A stretch of DNA of 64,000 nucleotides. It comes from a virus (taxonomy: Duplodnaviria; Caudoviricetes). The notes under the pieces are model-generated. The model was given only the letters and a program-made list of their open reading frames with translations, did no database searches and was not told the origin of the DNA. Of this stretch, positions 30,072 through 39,454 are shown one piece after another; position 1 is the first letter of the stretch, and every line of letters starts with the position of its first letter. Where the stretch lies: the IMG/VR virus record IMGVR_UViG_3300036713_000599; one strand, 5' to 3'. The translations under genes were made by a program, and so were the position numbers.

Positions 30072-30884
30072 ATGACGGATCAGCCTCTGTGTTCAAAATG
30101 TGGAATGCCTAAGATTCCCGGTTGCAATGGGAATGGGTCGATTCCAGTCAACGAGTTCACCGTTCGACCTTGCAGGAACATGCTTTCTATACTCCTGAGA
30201 CAAAAGCTCGGTCCGGAGATAAGTAGTTCTACTCATGTCAGCAAAAGCCCCCTTTTCCAGATGCAGAAGGGCTGCCCACCAACGGTGGACCTGACAAATA
30301 AGGACGTATTCATCGATTGCCCGTGGCCTAATCTCCTGCCCCACCTAAAGTGGGTTCTCGGCTGCAAAGGCCTGAACTTCAGCTTTCGAATCGTTACCGA
30401 CCAGCAAATTAAAAATGTCTACGTCGGGAACGAGCAATACAAGAATAAGCCAAAGGGCTCTCGCGACTCCGAAGAGGTGTTTAATTCACTGACTGACCTC
30501 ATGGAGGGACATGACTTAGTCATTCTTCGACTAGGTTTCATTGGTTATCCAAACAAGGCAGCTGCAGGAGCCTTATTGGAAGCGCTGATGATCAGCGAGG
30601 CTGCTGGGTCCACCGTCTGGGTGGTGCATGACGAGAATCGACCTTGGTTTCACTCCCGTGACGCCGAGGTAGAGGAGTACATTAGGGCAAGGTTCGAAGA
30701 AGTCGAGGTCGAGCCTATCGACCCAGGGGAAGACTATGAAAATCCAGACGACCTGGATTTAGGTATGTCGGTTGTCGATTCTGATGAGCTAGAAGAAGAG
30801 TTCAACCAAGCAGAACCCGACCCAGACGACGACGACATAGAATTGTTGTCGAGACCCAAGAAAAACAAGAATGGAGGTCGTTGA
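30072..30884 (+). CDS. Degenerate DnaC/IstB-like helicase loader candidate
   Basis: N-terminal CxxC...C...C. HDLVILRLG...ALLEALM...TVWVV mirrors DLLILDDLG...lid.R...t.i. No Walker A. Directly upstream of and coupled to dnaB. Confidence 0.4.
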   Translation: MTDQPLCSKCGMPKIPGCNGNGSIPVNEFTVRPCRNMLSILLRQKLGPEISSSTHVSKSPLFQMQKGCPPTVDLTNKDVFIDCPWPNLLPHLKWVLGCKGLNFSFRIVTDQQIKNVYVGNEQYKNKPKGSRDSEEVFNSLTDLMEGHDLVILRLGFIGYPNKAAAGALLEALMISEAAGSTVWVVHDENRPWFHSRDAEVEEYIRARFEEVEVEPIDPGEDYENPDDLDLGMSVVDSDELEEEFNQAEPDPDDDDIELLSRPKKNKNGGR

Positions 30885-32899
30885 TGATTCGCCTTCTCCG
30901 ATCAGTCATCGACTTCGAAGATGGCAAGATAGACCAAGAGACTCTCTCAATTAATTTTCGACACTTGTTGGGATCGAGCATCCAATGGAACCGACCCGAC
31001 GACGAACGACTCTTCAAGTTTATCAAGACGTATTTTGAGCACAATCTCCCCAACCTGCCTTCAGCCCAGACGGTAGAGGACTACTTCAACAAATCCAACG
31101 ATATTGAGACGATCGAGCGACTTAAGGATATCGAGGGGCAGCCTGTCTACACAGACGCAAATTTCACATTCTTGCTCCGCCAGCTCTTAGACGAGCAAAA
31201 CAAGATTCGGATGCTGAAATTGCTCAAGGATACCCAAGAGGTGGTGAGCAAAGGCCTGGAGGTCAAAGAGGGAAGGGAAACGAAGATCTATAAAGGGACG
31301 ACAGAGGCCCACCTTTTCTACAATGCGAGGGCTGTTGACCTTTTACCCACCGTGTCTAACACACGGACGAGGGGCGACCTCCGCACTCTCACGGAGGAAT
31401 CATGGGAAGAATACTTGGCTGCCGAGCACGATTCCAGCAAAGCCTACGGCAAGCTTACCGGGATCAATGATATCGATAAAGTTTGCAAAGGAATCAAAAA
31501 AGGAGAGATGTGGGTCCACGCCGGCTTTGCAGGCGAACTGAAGTCCAGTTATTCCATGAACTGGTGCTATAACCTAGTCACGAGATACAGGACAAATGTC
31601 TTCTACGTGTCGCTAGAGATGCCGCTTGAACAGGTTCAGCGGATCATCCATGTGCTCCACTCGGCAAACGGCAAATTCGCGGCCCAAGGTAAGGAGCCTT
31701 TGGATTATCGGAAGGTAAGGGACGGGGAACTTTCTCCAGAAGAGAAAGAGTTCTACAAAGAGGTCCTCCACGATTTCGCCAACAACCCGAACTACACACG
31801 TTTCGAAATTTGGTGCCCTGATCGAGACGTCACTATCGACGATATTCGGATCGAAGCCGAGCTAATGCATCGGCAGATGGAGGTCGGGCTCCTGGTTATT
31901 GACCATGGTGGGTTGGTTGAAGCTCAACGCAGAAACTCGAACTACACGGTGGAGTTGAACACTGTTCTCCGGGGCAGCAAGAAACTGGCTTTGCACTTCA
32001 ATGGAGGCGAAGGTGTCCCCTTGCTCATGCTCTTTCAGATCAACCGTGACGGTAAGGATCAGGCTGACAAGAATGACGGAGCCTACAAGATGAGAGCCCT
32101 TAGCTACGCAAATGAGTGTCTTGCGGAAGGCACTCTTGTGCGAACCTCCATGGGACTCATTCCTATCGAGAAAGTTGAGCCAGGTTACTTAGTCCACAGC
32201 AGTACGGGCTGGAAGACAGTATCGCACCGATTCAACCAAGGTGTCCGGAAAACGGTTGCGGTGATAACCGATGGAGGTATTAGGGTCACGTGTACGCCCG
32301 ACCACCGATTCCAGACGATTGGGGAGGACGGTTTAAAGTGGGTCGAAGCAAAAGATTTGAAAGGCCTGTACGCCTTAGCAGATATGCCTCACTACGACAC
32401 CCTGTGGCCTATCGGTTCTCTTTATTCTCGATTGTGCGAAAAGTACAGAGTTCCTCGCCAAAACCTCATCACATCAAGTGCATTAGACTCTCTTCTTAGT
32501 TTCGATAACACTGGTTTGATGTTAGAAGAAGACCTTGCGTTACTTCGCAGGCTTCTCAGCTGCCACCCGCAGCAAGTGGTCGCTGTCAAAGAAGGCCCCG
32601 AAGTGCCTGTATTCGATCTGGAAGTCTCTGGTGACCACGAGTACTCTACAGGTGGACTTCTGACTCATAACTGCGAACGCAGTGCCGACGTAATAACGAC
32701 CACCTACCTCAACGATCAGCACCGGCAGGCGGGCACAACCGTATGCTGTAACCTGAAAAATCGGGACAACCCTCTATTCGAGAAAATGCTAATTGGAGTC
32801 GACTTCAAATGCCGTCGACTCAAGAATTACGACATCTCGCAAGTCGAGGGACATGGTATGGGCTGCGAAGACCCTGACGACGTGTTAGGGATGGTGTGA
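30884..32899 (+). CDS. dnaB: Replicative DnaB-like helicase with intein
   Basis: H1 AGFAGELKS, H2 LLVIDH, H3 MLFQINR, H4 region ANE|CERSAD interrupted by an intein. Confidence 0.85.
   Translation: MIRLLRSVIDFEDGKIDQETLSINFRHLLGSSIQWNRPDDERLFKFIKTYFEHNLPNLPSAQTVEDYFNKSNDIETIERLKDIEGQPVYTDANFTFLLRQLLDEQNKIRMLKLLKDTQEVVSKGLEVKEGRETKIYKGTTEAHLFYNARAVDLLPTVSNTRTRGDLRTLTEESWEEYLAAEHDSSKAYGKLTGINDIDKVCKGIKKGEMWVHAGFAGELKSSYSMNWCYNLVTRYRTNVFYVSLEMPLEQVQRIIHVLHSANGKFAAQGKEPLDYRKVRDGELSPEEKEFYKEVLHDFANNPNYTRFEIWCPDRDVTIDDIRIEAELMHRQMEVGLLVIDHGGLVEAQRRNSNYTVELNTVLRGSKKLALHFNGGEGVPLLMLFQINRDGKDQADKNDGAYKMRALSYANECLAEGTLVRTSMGLIPIEKVEPGYLVHSSTGWKTVSHRFNQGVRKTVAVITDGGIRVTCTPDHRFQTIGEDGLKWVEAKDLKGLYALADMPHYDTLWPIGSLYSRLCEKYRVPRQNLITSSALDSLLSFDNTGLMLEEDLALLRRLLSCHPQQVVAVKEGPEVPVFDLEVSGDHEYSTGGLLTHNCERSADVITTTYLNDQHRQAGTTVCCNLKNRDNPLFEKMLIGVDFKCRRLKNYDISQVEGHGMGCEDPDDVLGMV
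32117..32671 (+). other. Mini-intein, 185 aa, no homing endonuclease
   Basis: Starts CLAEGT; block B TPDHRF; ends VFDLEV...LLTHN followed by Cys+1. Confidence 0.9.
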
Positions 32900-33561
32900 C
32901 CATGGTTTCGGAACGAGACATCCGGAGAGAAAAAGAATCCAAAGAAGCGTGGTTTTCCTGGCTCATGCAAAGAGTGGAAACCATACATAATAAGGTCACC
33001 GCCCACGATGTCCTTCGAAACGGTGGTGTCGAACTCGGCTCTACAGACGGAGAAGAGCAATTCCAGTGTCCTTTTCACGGACAAGACAACAAACCCAGTG
33101 CTCGTGTATACCCTTCCAACGGGGAGAAGCGGTCCCATGCGTGGTGCTTCGTGTGCCAGGAGAGATGGGATATGTTGGCACTGTGGAAGAAGTTTAATTC
33201 AGCCGAGGAGATGTCTTTCAGTGCTGTGGTGACGAGCATTGAAAAAGAGTACGGCATTACTCCGCCGGAAATGCCACAAGAAGCCACATATAGGGGGCCT
33301 AGGGAGGACCCTGCCCTTGACCGCTTCAATGCTCTTTACAAGGCATGTGAGAACCGCCTGAGGTCATCCAGAGAAGCGTACTACAAGCTCAAGGACTTAA
33401 ATGGGTTCCTTAGCGCAGGCTCAGTCCTCGACCGCCTCCATTACAGAGTGAGCAAGGGGAAAATGCCAGCGACGCAAGGGGAGAGAGTGCTCAAGGATTT
33501 GATCGGGCGTATCGGAGCTAAGGTGCGGTCCGTTCCGACAGAGGATTTACCTAATGGCTAG
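32896..33561 (+). CDS. CHC2 zinc-finger protein (primase Zn-binding domain without TOPRIM)
   Basis: FQCPFHGQDNKPS...AWCFVC; no TOPRIM DxD region follows. Confidence 0.75.
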   Translation: MTMVSERDIRREKESKEAWFSWLMQRVETIHNKVTAHDVLRNGGVELGSTDGEEQFQCPFHGQDNKPSARVYPSNGEKRSHAWCFVCQERWDMLALWKKFNSAEEMSFSAVVTSIEKEYGITPPEMPQEATYRGPREDPALDRFNALYKACENRLRSSREAYYKLKDLNGFLSAGSVLDRLHYRVSKGKMPATQGERVLKDLIGRIGAKVRSVPTEDLPNG

Positions 33562-33727
33562 AACATACCTCGCACGCAGAGATATTGAGCCCGGTCTTAT
33601 TAGGAAGATCGATGAGATTGATAGGTTGGTCAGGACCACACGGCGGATTGCCTGGACGAGTATTTTGTTCAGCATTGCCATCTTACTTCTGGGGCTATTC
33701 TTGATTTTCCAATGTCCCGTTCAATAA
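33554..33727 (+). CDS. Small membrane protein, 57 aa (not in ORF track)
   Basis: MARTYLARRDIEPGLIRKIDEIDRLVRTTRRIAWTSILFSIAILLLGLFLIFQCPVQ; overlaps both neighbours and fills the gap between them. Confidence 0.55.
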   Translation: MARTYLARRDIEPGLIRKIDEIDRLVRTTRRIAWTSILFSIAILLLGLFLIFQCPVQ

Positions 33728-34149
33728 AACTCATAACACGGGAAAAGGGCGAATTACACCTCCTATTGCTGACCGGATGGGAAGGGGAGTGGGCTATCTT
33801 GAGAGGAACCGTCTACGGTGACCTACTGAGCGTGATCAGTAGGGACGTTGTCGACCACGCTTTGCACGGATGGTCGCGCCCTCTCGTGGATGCTCTCGGG
33901 ATCCCTCCCGATGGTGCTTTACGAAAAGTACCGGTAGCGGCTCGTTGGTGCTGGCTAAAACATAAACGTCCCCCGCATCTGCGGTCCTGCCCCCTACAAG
34001 GTCCTGAATGCCACCATGTGGCGAAGAAGATGCCTTGGTGCTTTGAGCCCACGGAAGCGGATGACAGTATTCGTCGAATGGCTGCGAAAGCTATCGAGCA
34101 ATGGAGGGAAGGGGTGTATGTGGTGGTAGTGGAGGAAGCCTATGACTGA
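33712..34149 (+). CDS. Hypothetical protein with Cys/His cluster
   Basis: C...H..SCP...ECH...CFEP; coupled to polA. Confidence 0.55.
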   Translation: MSRSIKLITREKGELHLLLLTGWEGEWAILRGTVYGDLLSVISRDVVDHALHGWSRPLVDALGIPPDGALRKVPVAARWCWLKHKRPPHLRSCPLQGPECHHVAKKMPWCFEPTEADDSIRRMAAKAIEQWREGVYVVVVEEAYD

Positions 34150-37100
34150 TGACATGAACGTGGAAGACGTTGACTTTGAAGAAATGTTCAAAGAACCTCC
34201 CAAGAAGCCGAAAGCTAAGGTGACCCCTGTCGGAGATATCGGGGGTGATATAGACGAATTTCTGGCGGATGTGAAGCCAGCAGACGAACAAGAAGCCAAA
34301 ATGCTGACTAAGCCGTGGATGAAATTCCACGAGTTTATTTTGGTTAAAACCATTGAGGAAGTCAAGGCTCTTGTCGATGCAGCCATTAAACACGGTCGGT
34401 GTTCCCTCGATCTGGAGACAGAAGGGCTCGATAATCGCATCGACTACGACGGGGAGGGTAGACCTTACACGCGACATAAGATCGTGGGCTACTGTATCTC
34501 AGTCAAAGGTGTGGGACATTATCTCCCCCTTAGGCACAAGTACGATAAAACGTACAAACAAGCAAACCCCAACCTTCCTATAGAAGAGACGGACGCCGAA
34601 ATCAAACGATTGTGTCTGGCAGCTCAACCCGTGATTGCGGAGGATGCTCCGGATCAGTACGCTTCTCCAAAATTTGAGAAGCCCCCGCAGCTAGTCATCT
34701 ACTTCTGGCATGCGAAATTTGATCAAGAGTTTCTGTACCCTGTGACAGGAATTCACTTTTGGCATCCCGATTCCTTTGAGGATGGGATGCTTTCGACTTA
34801 CGTGCTCTATACAGACGACGTGCTCAGCCTCAAGGTGAACGCCAAAGAGAGGTTGAAAGTCCAGGACCCAGAGACGGGGGAAGTGCACCCCTACGAGATG
34901 ATCGAATTCACGGAACTCTTTCAAAAGGGGACCCCCAAGAGGTTCGCCAATCTATACCCTCGGGACGGGACAGGGATGGTGCTGTATGCCTGCTCAGACG
35001 CTATCTGTACTGAGCTGTTGTGTGAAGCCAAGAAGGTCGTGTGGAAGCATACAGTCGAGGGACTCAAGTACGAGTACAAGAGTCCTGTGGGCCCTTCTCA
35101 TGGGCCGAAGTTTCGAGGTATCCTTCGGATCGAAAAACAGGCTGCCCAGGCTGTACGAGAAATGGAGCGTTCTCGTACACTTGTAGACAAAGATGCAATT
35201 GAAGACCTTCTTGAAGAGGCGTATAAAGAAAAGCAAGAATTTGAGGAAAAGTTGGTAATGGCCGCGAAGGCTAAGGGATTTGAGGGTTTTAATCCATCCT
35301 CCACTGCACAACTCTCCGACTTCCTCTTCACGAAGCGTGGTTTGGATCTGCCAGGCAAGCCTGAGAAAAATGAGGCAAGCGGACAATACAAGACAGACGC
35401 GAAGACGCTGGAGGCCATCTACGAAAACAATCAGGATATCGAGGTCCTTCGATGGGTCGTAATGTACCGACAAATTGATAAAACCATCGGGACGTATCTC
35501 ACCAAGCTCAGTCACAACACGGACGAGTTTAATCAACTCCGGTTCAACTTTCAGCAAACAGGGGCTGGGACAGGTAGATTCACCGCCCCTCAGGGTAAAG
35601 CAGAGGAAGGCTTCGCAGCCGTTCCGATCCACGGTATCCCTGCCAGATCGGATCCGAAACGACCGAAGGTCGCTAATTCCCTTCGCCGACTGTTTGTCGC
35701 CCATGAAGGATACGTGATCGTCAAGGTCGACTATGCAGGCCAAGAGCTTCGTGTAGTTACCTGTATCACCAAAGAGCCTAAGTGGAGGAAGGAGTTCCTA
35801 GAGGGGACAGGAGACTTACATACCCTCACGGCCCAAGCATTTTTTGGAGACCACATTACAAAGAATCACAAGAAAGAACGTACTTGTGGAAAAATCGCGA
35901 ACTTCGCTCTAATATACGGGGGCGGGGTAGGGGCCGTCCAACGAGCGGTCGGTTGCGACAAGGTTGAGGCAGCTCGAAAGAAAGAAGCTTTCGACGCCAG
36001 CGTCCCGACCTTTTCCTCGTGGGTTAAAAGTCAGCACAGGCTCGTCAAGAAAAACAAGTATGTTACGACAGGGTTTGGTCGGTACATTTCTGTTCCTGAC
36101 GCAAATATCAAAGCAGGGGAATACACAGCACGGACGAAGAAGCACCCTCCAAAGCTCGTGGACGAAAAGACGGCGAGAAAGATCAGGGCCTCTTGTGAGA
36201 GGCAGTCAACCAACTTTCCTGTGCAAGGTTGCAATTTTTATGCCAGTTTGGTGAATACTCGAAAAGGTTGGGTAAAAATAGGGGAATTGTGTGGTTCGGG
36301 CGAAACTTTCTCGGTTTGGACGGGCACAAGGTGGGCAGACGCTACAGCCCATGACATGGGTGGGTGTGAGCTTGCCAATGTTTACTTAACGGATGGTACT
36401 ACCGTTAGGTGCGACACTCGACACAAGCTTTTGGTGGTCTCGGACCAGGGTTACGACTGGGTGGACTACCAGGACTTAGAACCAGGGATGGCGGTTGCGA
36501 CCTCTCTCTGTGAACAGGTAGAGTACACTCCCCCGCCTTTACCTCTCATAGAACACCGACCCAATACCAAGGACATGGAGTCTCTTTGGTACTGGTTAGG
36601 TAGGTATGTAGGCGACAGCTGGTTTAGCGTGTTTAGTGGGACTACCTTACAATACTCATTTGGAGATCACGAGAAAGAAGCTATAGAGGCGTGTCGAACT
36701 TTCTGGGAGAAAGTGGGCGTTAGTGCTGACGTTGGATCGAATACACACACTCCCTGTCGAGAAATGTCCACTCGTTGCACAGTTACTGTTCAGAGTCGAG
36801 AACTGCACGACTGGCTTAAGTTGATTGGGCTGAAGGAAGGCGCCACAACGCACACCAAACGGGCCCCGTCCAGGGTCTTCAGTGAGACACTAGCTAATCG
36901 AAAGGCGTTTCTTCGAGGAGTCGTGGATTCTGGTGGGCATGAGCCCAAGCTTCCGAAGAAAATCAATGGAGTACGGGAAACCAGTAAAAAAGGGAATCCT
37001 TACAACATCCATCTGTGCCAGCGTCCTTTGCTGGAAGATTTGAAGCTGCTGTTTCGATCAGTTGGCGTAGAATCCGTCATCAGAGACAGAAACGGTTGTA

Positions 37101-38317
37101 GTAAAGCTACAACCAATTATCGTCTTGACCCTAATCGTAGGATGTATGAACGGAACGTCATGGGAAGAAAAGACGTCCATGGTCCCAAATTCCACGACAT
37201 GGACGCCCCTCAATTCCTTGTGGACGACTTCCTATCCCACGGCCCGTTCCCCAGAAAAGCTTTCCAAGGAGACGAGTCCGCTTACACACTCCACAAAAGA
37301 CTTCAGGTAGGTGGGAAAGTCACAGTGTATGCGCTGAAGAGGCTTTGCACGTTACTTGATGTGGTTTTAAACCACCCTATCTACGGGTTCAAGCGTATCG
37401 TCTCCAAAGAGAATCTTGGCACGGTCGAACATACCTACACGTTGTCTGTGCAGGACCCTCTTCATCGTTTTGAAGCTGACGGAGTCATCACCAAGAACTC
37501 TGGAGCAGACATGCTAAAGATCAGCTTCGTTAAGCTGATCAAAGTATTCCATCGTAAGGGGTGGTTACGGGATGGCGGTGACGATTCTGTTCGAATGATC
37601 ATGACAGTCCACGACGAGATTGTCTTTGAAGTCCGCAAGGACCGTCTCATGGAGGCTATCCCAGAAATTACTAGGTGCATGGAGAGTCCGCCCCGCCTTC
37701 GCAAGTGGGACATCCCTTTCTATGTTGAGCCCCTCATTGGTGAAAGCTGGGACGCAAAATACGACTGGGAAGACTTGATGGCGGGTAAGACGACGTACTT
37801 CCATAGCAAAGAAGAGCCTGATAAACCAGTTCCCCAATGGCTTCTCGATCTCATCGAACCACAAGGGAAGGATTGGCGTCTACCTTTTGAAGACGACCTT
37901 CCCCCGCCAAAGAGCGATGAGTCGGTCGCCCCTGTCGTTAAAGATGGCGCTCTTGTCGCTCAGAAGCCGGCTCAGGAAGTGCTTAAGCCTTCTACGAGGG
38001 CACCGGCCCCTAAACCGGTGCCTCAGCCCCCTGAGGTGGCCGTAGAGGGGTCACAACAGATGGCCGTGTTCGCTATCTCCAGCTCTCAACTCACTCGACA
38101 GTCCATTCGGATCGTGTCTCAGGTGATAAAAGGAGCCGAACCATTCGAAAACGAAAAGGACTTGAGCGGATACAAGATTCTTCAGGTGGTTGATGAGACT
38201 GGTTACGTTCTGATTTCTGCCAAATGGAGGGTGTTAGTAGACCCTGACATTGTCGGTAGGGAATTTGCACTAAGGAACCTTGGACCGGGGAACTACGACA
38301 TAGTGACTTTGACGTAG
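34142..38317 (+). CDS. polA: Family A DNA polymerase (3'-5' exonuclease + polymerase) with intein
   Basis: ExoI DLETEG, ExoII HAKFD, ExoIII YACSD; motif A VDYAGQELR, B KIANFALIYG, C VHDEIV. No 5'-3' nuclease domain. Confidence 0.92.
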   Translation: MTDDMNVEDVDFEEMFKEPPKKPKAKVTPVGDIGGDIDEFLADVKPADEQEAKMLTKPWMKFHEFILVKTIEEVKALVDAAIKHGRCSLDLETEGLDNRIDYDGEGRPYTRHKIVGYCISVKGVGHYLPLRHKYDKTYKQANPNLPIEETDAEIKRLCLAAQPVIAEDAPDQYASPKFEKPPQLVIYFWHAKFDQEFLYPVTGIHFWHPDSFEDGMLSTYVLYTDDVLSLKVNAKERLKVQDPETGEVHPYEMIEFTELFQKGTPKRFANLYPRDGTGMVLYACSDAICTELLCEAKKVVWKHTVEGLKYEYKSPVGPSHGPKFRGILRIEKQAAQAVREMERSRTLVDKDAIEDLLEEAYKEKQEFEEKLVMAAKAKGFEGFNPSSTAQLSDFLFTKRGLDLPGKPEKNEASGQYKTDAKTLEAIYENNQDIEVLRWVVMYRQIDKTIGTYLTKLSHNTDEFNQLRFNFQQTGAGTGRFTAPQGKAEEGFAAVPIHGIPARSDPKRPKVANSLRRLFVAHEGYVIVKVDYAGQELRVVTCITKEPKWRKEFLEGTGDLHTLTAQAFFGDHITKNHKKERTCGKIANFALIYGGGVGAVQRAVGCDKVEAARKKEAFDASVPTFSSWVKSQHRLVKKNKYVTTGFGRYISVPDANIKAGEYTARTKKHPPKLVDEKTARKIRASCERQSTNFPVQGCNFYASLVNTRKGWVKIGELCGSGETFSVWTGTRWADATAHDMGGCELANVYLTDGTTVRCDTRHKLLVVSDQGYDWVDYQDLEPGMAVATSLCEQVEYTPPPLPLIEHRPNTKDMESLWYWLGRYVGDSWFSVFSGTTLQYSFGDHEKEAIEACRTFWEKVGVSADVGSNTHTPCREMSTRCTVTVQSRELHDWLKLIGLKEGATTHTKRAPSRVFSETLANRKAFLRGVVDSGGHEPKLPKKINGVRETSKKGNPYNIHLCQRPLLEDLKLLFRSVGVESVIRDRNGCSKATTNYRLDPNRRMYERNVMGRKDVHGPKFHDMDAPQFLVDDFLSHGPFPRKAFQGDESAYTLHKRLQVGGKVTVYALKRLCTLLDVVLNHPIYGFKRIVSKENLGTVEHTYTLSVQDPLHRFEADGVITKNSGADMLKISFVKLIKVFHRKGWLRDGGDDSVRMIMTVHDEIVFEVRKDRLMEAIPEITRCMESPPRLRKWDIPFYVEPLIGESWDAKYDWEDLMAGKTTYFHSKEEPDKPVPQWLLDLIEPQGKDWRLPFEDDLPPPKSDESVAPVVKDGALVAQKPAQEVLKPSTRAPAPKPVPQPPEVAVEGSQQMAVFAISSSQLTRQSIRIVSQVIKGAEPFENEKDLSGYKILQVVDETGYVLISAKWRVLVDPDIVGREFALRNLGPGNYDIVTLT
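36230..37498 (+). other. Intein, 423 aa, with LAGLIDADG-type endonuclease domain
   Basis: Inserted in NFPVQG|SGADMLK. Starts with C; block B DTRHKL; LGRYVGDS and FLRGVVDSGG motifs; ends ITKN before Ser+1. Confidence 0.88.
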
Positions 38318-38337
38318 TTTTTGATAGGACCTTCACA

Positions 38338-38886
38338 ATGGCTGAAAAACTCGATCATATGAAAGAATGCAATGAGTTTAAAGTTCCCGTTGAAGAATTT
38401 GAAACTCAATTTTGCTCACGTTGCCTCCAATCTGAATGCGGGCGGAGTCAGCATGGTAAAAGCCAGTTCGATTCCAGGGTCCAGGATTGGGAGCGTCGCT
38501 TGTTCCTAGAGGTGCCCCGTATGAGTCCTGATGACACAAGGTTCCATAGCTTCCAGGCCAAGAAGTTTTTGGACATCCACGACCTGGGACCCGTAGAGGT
38601 CAGGGGCTGGGTCGACCCCAACAACCTCTCGGAGCCCGAGCCTGAAGAGGACGAAGGCCCTCCAACGGATCCTTCTCCTCCTCCTTCGAACATGCAAGAG
38701 GAACCTGCCCAGGCTTTCTCTGACGGCCGTATGAATACGCCGGCTCAACCGAAAATGATGGTAGGTGGTCAAAAAGCTCCCACTAAGCCAACCAAACCGG
38801 TGTTAGATCAATGGGAACCCAAAAAGACAGAAACTAGCGGTATCAAAATGGTCCAACCTGGGGCCAAAATAAAGTTAGGATCATAG
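38338..38886 (+). CDS. Hypothetical protein (Cys cluster, Pro/acidic linker)
   Basis: C...CSRC...C near the N-terminus. Confidence 0.55.
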   Translation: MAEKLDHMKECNEFKVPVEEFETQFCSRCLQSECGRSQHGKSQFDSRVQDWERRLFLEVPRMSPDDTRFHSFQAKKFLDIHDLGPVEVRGWVDPNNLSEPEPEEDEGPPTDPSPPPSNMQEEPAQAFSDGRMNTPAQPKMMVGGQKAPTKPTKPVLDQWEPKKTETSGIKMVQPGAKIKLGS

Positions 38887-38894
38887 GAGACGTT

Positions 38895-39086
38895 ATGAGC
38901 GGCGAACAAATGAAGTGGGAACACATCATCTATGAGGATGGTAGGGTCGTTACAAATGTCCTGGAAAGACAGGACAGCGCACAATGTGGTCAGATCCGTC
39001 AAATCACCAATGGTATTGGTGATGAGCTGAGTGACGAACAAACTGGCCCTGAATGCGACGAAGTGTTTGAAAGGACCGTCGGTTAG
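38895..39086 (+). CDS. DUF2997-like small protein
   Basis: I..DGRV...V......C......IG......T matches the recalled family pattern; GGAG RBS; next to a DUF1257-like gene. Confidence 0.5.
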   Translation: MSGEQMKWEHIIYEDGRVVTNVLERQDSAQCGQIRQITNGIGDELSDEQTGPECDEVFERTVG

Positions 39087-39116
39087 TCTAGCCTGACTAG
39101 ACGCGAAAGGACTACC

Positions 39117-39446
39117 ATGAGCCATCGGATCACAACACAAACGTCGATCAAAAACAAGAAGCTTGCCATTCAGGCACTGAAAACTGCGGGTATGGACTAC
39201 TCCGAGCAGGGGGATCGTATTCGCGTCGTCAGTGGCGCTATGCGTGGGGCCGAGATCAACCTCAATACAGGTCGGATTACCGGTGATACCGACTATCATT
39301 CACAGAAGGAACTAGGTGCCCTGCGGAAGTACTATTCCGAGGCTCAAATTCGCGAACGATGTCTGATGGAAGGCCATACGGTTGAAGAGCGGCAAGAGCA
39401 GAGAGATGGCACGATTCGCCTCGTATGTGTGGGGACGTTTGCGTAG
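39117..39446 (+). CDS. DUF1257 (Ycf35-like) protein
   Basis: MSH.....T.IK....A..AL...G...L..YS...I......EG..VEE.....GTIRLV. Confidence 0.6.
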   Translation: MSHRITTQTSIKNKKLAIQALKTAGMDYSEQGDRIRVVSGAMRGAEINLNTGRITGDTDYHSQKELGALRKYYSEAQIRERCLMEGHTVEERQEQRDGTIRLVCVGTFA

Positions 39447-39454
39447 ACGCGCAG

